Shown: one piece after another, positions 57,938 through 64,000 of the stretch | Layout of the letters: every line of letters begins with the position of its first letter | How positions within the stretch are numbered: the stretch's first letter is position 1 | NCBI GenBank assembly: GCA_963765895.1 | Contig: CAVXZB010000088.1 | Location: forward strand, 1 to 64,000 | Length of the DNA: 64,000 nt | Reading direction: 5' to 3' | From: an uncultured Nitrososphaeraceae archaeon | GTDB lineage: Archaea; Thermoproteota; Nitrososphaeria; Nitrososphaerales; Nitrososphaeraceae | Program-made: the position numbers and the translations under genes | The notes under the pieces: generated by a model | Seen by the model: the letters and a program-made list of their open reading frames with translations, nothing else | Databases searched by the model: none | Told to the model about the DNA's origin: nothing

Positions 57938-57991
57938 AGGGGTTTGATGTCTAATTCAAAATTAAGGGGTTTGATGTCTAATTCAAAATTA
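57938..57991. repeat. Perfect 27-bp tandem duplication
   Basis: AGGGGTTTGATGTCTAATTCAAAATTA x2 with no spacer. Confidence 0.95.
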
Positions 57992-58284
57992 AGAATACAT
58001 AACCATAACAAAAATTTATCTGATACATTAGTCGCATCAGTAACAAACAAGAGGCCTGAAATCACCTGTAAAACATCTTACAACATAGTTCAGAAACAAT
58101 GAGACAGTAAATATCTAAATTCCGAAGGTTAAGCGTTGGTAGCTACCAAACTCCATTTGTTGGAGCGTCCAACCTTCAGAAAAGAGATTCTTATAGAGTC
58201 TCTATATCTAATTTAGAGTATGGATATAAAAAGTTTATCCAATATTTGCCTATTGAATTTTATCATAGAACTCGCAGCATTTTG

Positions 58285-59223
58285 TTAATATGCTCCCGCG
58301 TTTTGATGATATCTCTCTATCTGAATTGTTGCATGAGTTATTTTGAATTTCTTTTCCAAGACTGAATTTATCTCTTGCAAAATTAGTTGCGACTTGGCAG
58401 GGTCTATTACAACAACATGAGCAGACAGTGCATTCATGCCCGAAGTGATAGTCCATATATGTAGCTCAAACACACCAGTTACACCCCTTATTTGTAGTAC
58501 AGCCTTTTTTACTTCCTCATGGGACATATTGGCCGGAACACCCTCCATAAGTATATCTACAGCCTTTTTAATGATGGACCATGCCCTTGGAATCATAAAT
58601 AATGCCAGTCCAATACTTATTAGCGGATCTGCCAAGTAAAACTTTGTAGTTAGCATTATTATGCCAGCAACTAAAACGCCCCCAGAACCAAGGGTGTCAC
58701 TTAGAGTCTCTAAATATACAGCCCGTACATTCAAATCTTGTATTTCTTCTGTCTCTTGATCACTACTGTAAGGATAAGAGTTATGAGTATGTGGGCGTCC
58801 ATCAAAATGTGATATTAATCGCATTCCAATGAAATTCACCACCATCCCAACTGAGGCAACTATTATGAGAGGAAACCCCGGAACTTCTGGCGGTTCAAAA
58901 ATGCGTTTAAAACCTTCATAGAGAATATATATCGAAAGTAAAACCAGGATAAGACTGTTTAAGAGCGATGCGAGTATTTCCATTCTGTAAAAACCGAATG
59001 TCCTTTGTGGTGTTGCCGATTTTTGGGTGTAGCTAATAGCATACATGGCGAGGGCAATTCCTCCGACGTCAACTAGCACGTGTCCAGCTTCAGAAAATAA
59101 TGCTAAGCTTCCAGTGACCAGGATTGTAAAAGAAGCAGCTATTAAATACACCGAATTAAGAAAAAGCACGATTCTAAGTCTTGCTATTCTTGTTAGCTGA
59201 TCTAGCTTCAAGGGACTATTCAT
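58285..59223 (-). CDS. Cation diffusion facilitator (CzcD-like Zn/Co/Cd exporter)
   Basis: TGSLAL, HVLVD, TFGFYRMEIL, His loop, ELHIWTITSG, HATIQIE. Confidence 0.93.
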   Translation of the reverse strand: MNSPLKLDQLTRIARLRIVLFLNSVYLIAASFTILVTGSLALFSEAGHVLVDVGGIALAMYAISYTQKSATPQRTFGFYRMEILASLLNSLILVLLSIYILYEGFKRIFEPPEVPGFPLIIVASVGMVVNFIGMRLISHFDGRPHTHNSYPYSSDQETEEIQDLNVRAVYLETLSDTLGSGGVLVAGIIMLTTKFYLADPLISIGLALFMIPRAWSIIKKAVDILMEGVPANMSHEEVKKAVLQIRGVTGVFELHIWTITSGMNALSAHVVVIDPAKSQLILQEINSVLEKKFKITHATIQIERYHQNAGAY

Positions 59224-59592
59224 TTCTATGATTAGATTAGATTAGATTCTATTTAGTTTCTAAATTTGAACATTTTTGTAATTGGACTTAAATTTTGCTA
59301 TCCTTTTGCTCATCGTCGTTGAGTCGTGATTAGTTATCACATTTTTCTTTATATTGTTCCAATAACGTGTATTTATCATGTGATTCGTATTTACCTATAT
59401 ATTGATAGATAGACATAAAAGTATATTTGGAAGTATCTTTAGGTTCTTCATCTCTTTTATACTGAAAGTCTACTATGGGATCACGAATAGTGCAAAAATA
59501 AGATAAGATTTTTTCGTGTGATAACAAACATGGTAGAAACCCATGTAAAGCTATTGTTATGGGAGCACTGGCCCATCGATTAACAATTCAGC

Positions 59593-60120
59593 CTACGGCT
59601 GAATTGTTTGTCCAAGGTTAAGTTTTACATTCAGGGGATTGGAGAAATTTGCACTCTTTGACGAATCTGTAAACATCACCGAGGCAGTAATATTCTTTAT
59701 TCTACTGTCCGTTAGAGTAGTTGCAAGCTGTGCTTTGCCGCCCGTGGCGTTAATTTTCAGGCCCCCAGGAAATGAAGTAGTCTTCAAAATAGTTCCATTA
59801 AGTGCAAAGACCTTCATCATTGCATTTTGCGCCATGTTTATTGTGCTAGTTGACGGCATCACAGAATAAAGTACAATTACCTTAACCTGGTGTGACTTGC
59901 TATTGTTGGTCAGCGGCACGAAATGTGCATAATTCAATTTTATAGATATTGGCTTAGCTTGGCCGACGGCAAATACCACATGGTCGACTGAACTACTGCC
60001 TTCAAGTTTCAATGGGTATGACAACAGTGCAGATGAAACGAGAGACATGACCGTCAGAGCTACAATTAGTTTGACAATTATGAGTATTTTCCTATTTCTT
60101 ACGCCAGCATTTGGATCCAT
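59593..60120 (-). CDS. Secreted beta-rich hypothetical protein
   Basis: N-terminal TM/signal and several N-x-S/T sequons. Confidence 0.7.
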   Translation of the reverse strand: MDPNAGVRNRKILIIVKLIVALTVMSLVSSALLSYPLKLEGSSSVDHVVFAVGQAKPISIKLNYAHFVPLTNNSKSHQVKVIVLYSVMPSTSTINMAQNAMMKVFALNGTILKTTSFPGGLKINATGGKAQLATTLTDSRIKNITASVMFTDSSKSANFSNPLNVKLNLGQTIQP

Positions 60121-60970
60121 TCTAATTGTTAGAAGATCCAGAAATATATTAAATTAGCTAATGATGCCCAGACAGGTTTTTGTCGAAAAATAATTCATCA
60201 TCCGTCCTCTCAGATTTTGATCTATCTTGTCTGATATCAAGGCTCACTCGGGTATGAACCTAAACCGTTGATCTAGAGATGATTGTGCCTTTATCTGGTG
60301 CTTAACTAACAGTATTTCAAATATTGGTATGTCCTGTTTGTCATTGTCATGAGGTTTCAACTATTTTATTTCCTGATTAAAAAGAATGAGTGAATATTTT
60401 ATACAAACTGATGAATTAGATAAGCATTCTTTTCGGTCAGAATTGGTAAGAAACGCAACTTAAAATGTAACTAGCTGAAAAATGTAATACTAATTGAATA
60501 TAACATGATACTTTAAGTGACATTAGAATTGTCTAGTCGACGGTAACATAATAGCGTATTTTCTATATAATTCATCATATCTTATAGAAGTTTTATAAAC
60601 TGAAAAAATGTTGTTCATAATTTCGTATATTATCGAATAGAATAGAAAAGTCTCACATTTCTTATATATGAGATATATGTAGCTACACATGTAGCTAGAA
60701 TTTGTTAAACAAAAATTTTTACAGTATTTTTCTATGAAAGCTACTCCTATCTTAACTTACTTTTTAATTAGTATGCCCTCAGATTTAAGTGGGACGATCG
60801 ATACCAAGCCTCATGTCGGATATCCCTCCAATGTTAGCAATAATACTAGTTCAGTTCGCATGACAGATATGGCTACCGGAGAAGATCCTTCTGTAAACCA
60901 ACTGCTGTACTGGGGACCGCTACATCCTATCTAAAGTCTACAGATGATTGATAGTAATTTAGAGTTTTAC

Positions 60971-61705
60971 GATAGATTCAGAATATTAGAAACATACCCC
61001 CATTAATATAATGGTGAAAAACTGTATATGAATACGACCGAATCAAATCACGATCCCAATTTGAAATTGCTCACGATGAATAATTTGATAAGAAATCAGC
61101 TTTGACAAATAATGGAAATGGATCGTAGAAAGAACGATCACCTCAGGTTATACTGGACATATTAGCATCTGGAGGCTATAGTAAAAAAAGGATCAGTACG
61201 TTTAATCAAACTGAATTGTCTTTAAAAGACTATATGCATTCTCCGAAGGACTAGAGGAACGTAGAAATGACAGGCTTTCTTAAACACAAGAAAGGGAAGG
61301 TGAGAAGAAGGACGATCCTGATGAACTTCCATATATGCAAGACTTGGAGATCAGGAGACCTCAGACAGGGGATATGGAAGGTCTGCACATAGAGGATAAC
61401 TGTTATTTAATGCCGATAGTAGATTCGCAAAAGAACAGTATTTTGTAAAATATGATTTTTCAGACACGAAAGTGAATGTTACTTCCAACTCTGAAAGACA
61501 CATGGATCGGATTCAAGTTTGTTGTATACAATCTTCCTCATTCAAAAATGGAAGTATATTTGTGAAGATGAAAAACTGGATTAATCAAAACGCCGACAGT
61601 ATAACTTGGAAAAAGGTCGACGAGAAGATAGACAATGGTAGAGGGGGTACCAAATCCAACATTGCGTGGGCTTACATGATGAGATTATCATTTGTAGAAT
61701 GCTAA
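60971..61705 (+). pseudogene. Degraded paralog of the secreted protein at 63326
   Basis: Fragments DRFRILETYP, NGEKLYMN, NGS*K, D*RNVEMTGFLK match DKFGIKEIYT, HGREWYVN, DGSWQ, PWKNVEITGYAK. Confidence 0.75.
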
Positions 61706-62050
61706 GAGTGGTATTTAGATAGGACAATTCAAAGGATGCAGCTATAAAAAAAATTAGCGACAGAAAAATTCGAATTGACTGGTTGTTCTGTACGTTAGCA
61801 ATACTTTTGTGAAAATGACATCTCAGTGACTAAGATATGAATAAGCCCTATCACAGGTAAGCAAAAAAAGACCTCCGTTTATTAAAATATTTTTGGTTTT
61901 GGAATTGGGATAAATAGACTGTGGCGGGATGTAGACTACTAAAAGTATTTGGAAAATAGAATTATCGTAACTGAATATGGATTCTGTTATGATTTACAAG
62001 TAACTCCTTCTCAAGCTAAACAAAATTTGAATCATGATCATCTGGATAAT

Positions 62051-62923
62051 TTAAACATACTTCTTTAGGAACGACAATGTTTTTTGCCAAGCGTCCGCAG
62101 TTTCCTTGTGGGCATAATTCTGGTTAGAAGGGTTGGCAAAAGCATGACCTAATCCCCTGTAAATAAGAATATCGTTGTTTATTTTATTAGCATCTAAAGC
62201 CGCTTTAAATTTATTTATCAATGGCAGGGGATTTGCTTGATCTTTGTCTCCAAATATTCCTAGTACCGGCCATTTAATTTTTGAAAGTTGCTGAGCGTCA
62301 GTAATTAACGGCGTACCATAGTACAGGATCGTAGCGACTAGAGGATGATTCTGACTATTCAATGCCAACTGCAACGATTGTCCTCCACCAAAGCACCATC
62401 CTATTGATGCAATTTTAGATGAGTCCACAAATGGAAGAGAGCTAACATATTTTACAGCTGATTGTAAATTAGTAATAGCTTCCGCTGGGTTATTTCGGAC
62501 AGAAGTAGATAAAAGTCTAGCTTGATCATTGTTTGTAGCCATTTGACCTTTGAATAAATCTACAGCCAGCACGACATATCCTTGTCTTGCTAGCGTATTT
62601 GCCGTATCTTTAATATAGGCATTTAATCCACGATTTTCATGTATCATAATAATTCCAGGGGTTTTCTTGTTAGCAAGGTTAACAGAACTAGGGTACACTA
62701 GATATCCAGATGAACTATCGAAATAATTGACCGATTTCTTCGTTTCCAAACCCTGGTCACTGGTTGCACTGGTACTGTTAGAATATAATGCAGATATTGC
62801 GGCAGCATTGGTCTGAGCGAAGGCAGAAGGTAGTGCTTTATAACTGACGATTGCTGTAGAGAGTAGAATAGTTGTTAAGAAGACGTAGTAAAGCGTGAAC
62901 GATATCGGGACACTTTTTATCAT
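62051..62923 (-). CDS. Secreted dienelactone hydrolase family protein
   Basis: IHENRGLN, GWCFGG nucleophile, FGDKD, GHAFANP; N-terminal signal. Confidence 0.92.
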   Translation of the reverse strand: MIKSVPISFTLYYVFLTTILLSTAIVSYKALPSAFAQTNAAAISALYSNSTSATSDQGLETKKSVNYFDSSSGYLVYPSSVNLANKKTPGIIMIHENRGLNAYIKDTANTLARQGYVVLAVDLFKGQMATNNDQARLLSTSVRNNPAEAITNLQSAVKYVSSLPFVDSSKIASIGWCFGGGQSLQLALNSQNHPLVATILYYGTPLITDAQQLSKIKWPVLGIFGDKDQANPLPLINKFKAALDANKINNDILIYRGLGHAFANPSNQNYAHKETADAWQKTLSFLKKYV

Positions 62924-63325
62924 TACTCCTTATTACGAGATTTACTATATAACACTATTTCTGGGTTCTTCATGGATTTATTTTCATAGATTTTCAATAG
63001 ATAGAAGGAGATACAATTCTTCTGACAAATATGCTATAGAAGTCCGCATCCTAGATATGTAATATCCAGGTAATCTGTTCCTCATGCGTATTGTTGCAGG
63101 GACTTGTCTTAAATATTACATGTGATCAGTTATGGGAGCAAGAATTCGTGATTACTAGATCATCCTAAATTGAAGGATTGTTCGCTGGTGTATATCCCAG
63201 ATTGACTATTGAATGGTACATTCAGAAAAAGATTCCAAATATGATTAGCAAAATACCAATTTAGAACTGAAAAGAAAACCATCAAGAATTTTTATATTAG
63301 GTAGAATCAAAGAGGAAGATGATTT

Positions 63326-64000
63326 ATGCTTTTCATACATACGATTGTCATTACCTCCATAATTGCTTCATTTTTTGCAGTCTCAATGCTATATTATGAT
63401 GATCAGCTACAGCATTTAATATCACTTCCCCCGTTAGATGTACAATTTGTCTTAGCCGAGGAGAAAATGTCTTCGCCTATTGCGCACATATCTAATAATA
63501 GTACTAATAAAACCACAATGGTGGACAAATTTGGTATAAAGGAAATTTATACTACTAAACAGCATGGTAGAGAATGGTATGTTAATATGACTAATCCCAA
63601 GAATGATACTATGCTTTCTTTCACGTTTGACGCTCCGATCAATAAAGAGAAAGACGGTTCTTGGCAGATAACTAATCCCAAGGTCAGGATGAACGTTGAA
63701 ACACCTACAGGAATGCAGCCGTGGAAGAATGTGGAGATCACGGGATACGCCAAAGTAATATCAGTAAAGTCGTCGAAGAACAATAGTGACAATAATAAAA
63801 GCAATTCATCAAATCAAGATTACAGTCAAACTCTAGACGACATTGCTTGGTATGCAAGAAGTGGGAGACACAATAGTGAAACACCATGTGAGGGTACGGC
63901 ACTTATAGGGGGCATCCATACCGACGGTAGTGTGGGATGGAAAAAAAGCATCTGGTTCACTGGCGGGTACACAGATGAAAGAGCGCTAAATCAGGCTGCA
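63326..64000 (+). CDS. Secreted beta-sandwich-like hypothetical protein (truncated at window end; absent from ORF track)
   Basis: Open frame from ATG 63326: signal peptide, DKFGIKEIY, WKNVEITGY, WYARSGRH, CEGT. Confidence 0.8.
   Translation, partial: MLFIHTIVITSIIASFFAVSMLYYDDQLQHLISLPPLDVQFVLAEEKMSSPIAHISNNSTNKTTMVDKFGIKEIYTTKQHGREWYVNMTNPKNDTMLSFTFDAPINKEKDGSWQITNPKVRMNVETPTGMQPWKNVEITGYAKVISVKSSKNNSDNNKSNSSNQDYSQTLDDIAWYARSGRHNSETPCEGTALIGGIHTDGSVGWKKSIWFTGGYTDERALNQAA

Noticed and set aside
57938-57991. Possible mini-CRISPR
   Set aside because: Two abutting copies with no spacer, no leader and no cas operon.
59230-59248. (GATTA)n microrepeat upstream of the CDF gene
   Set aside because: Too short and AT-rich to exceed chance.
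5180-63804. Many 60-165 aa ORFs nested in or antisense to long genes
   Set aside because: Shadow ORFs with no motifs, overlapping well-supported CDSs.

Overview
Low-GC archaeal chromosome segment whose gene content points to a soil ammonia-oxidising archaeon (Nitrososphaerota, Nitrososphaeraceae-like; inferred from gene families, not from a marker gene). Core genes: guaB, smc, mpgP, ctaA-like, dtdA, spt5, rpl11, thermosome, pyrH, HD dNTPase, tmk, tatA, mqnC/mqnE, leuS, alaS. It also holds two tRNAs (Leu-CAG and initiator Met), each with two BHB introns. Accessory patches contain a tyrosine integrase behind guaB, an orphan solute-binding protein facing a Cache-type histidine kinase, micro zinc-finger ORFs, a solo Cas4-like nuclease, a decayed IS5 next to egtB/egtD, and secreted proteins. 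At least nine small indels break six genes, including smc and alaS, which most likely reflects consensus errors. No CRISPR array or rRNA was seen. I found no clearly complete novel system. The best leads are an 844-aa membrane / PDE-like HD / degenerate TrmB-like fusion, a likely OSTC/DC2 homolog, and the transporter-less binding protein-kinase module. All alignments were made by eye.
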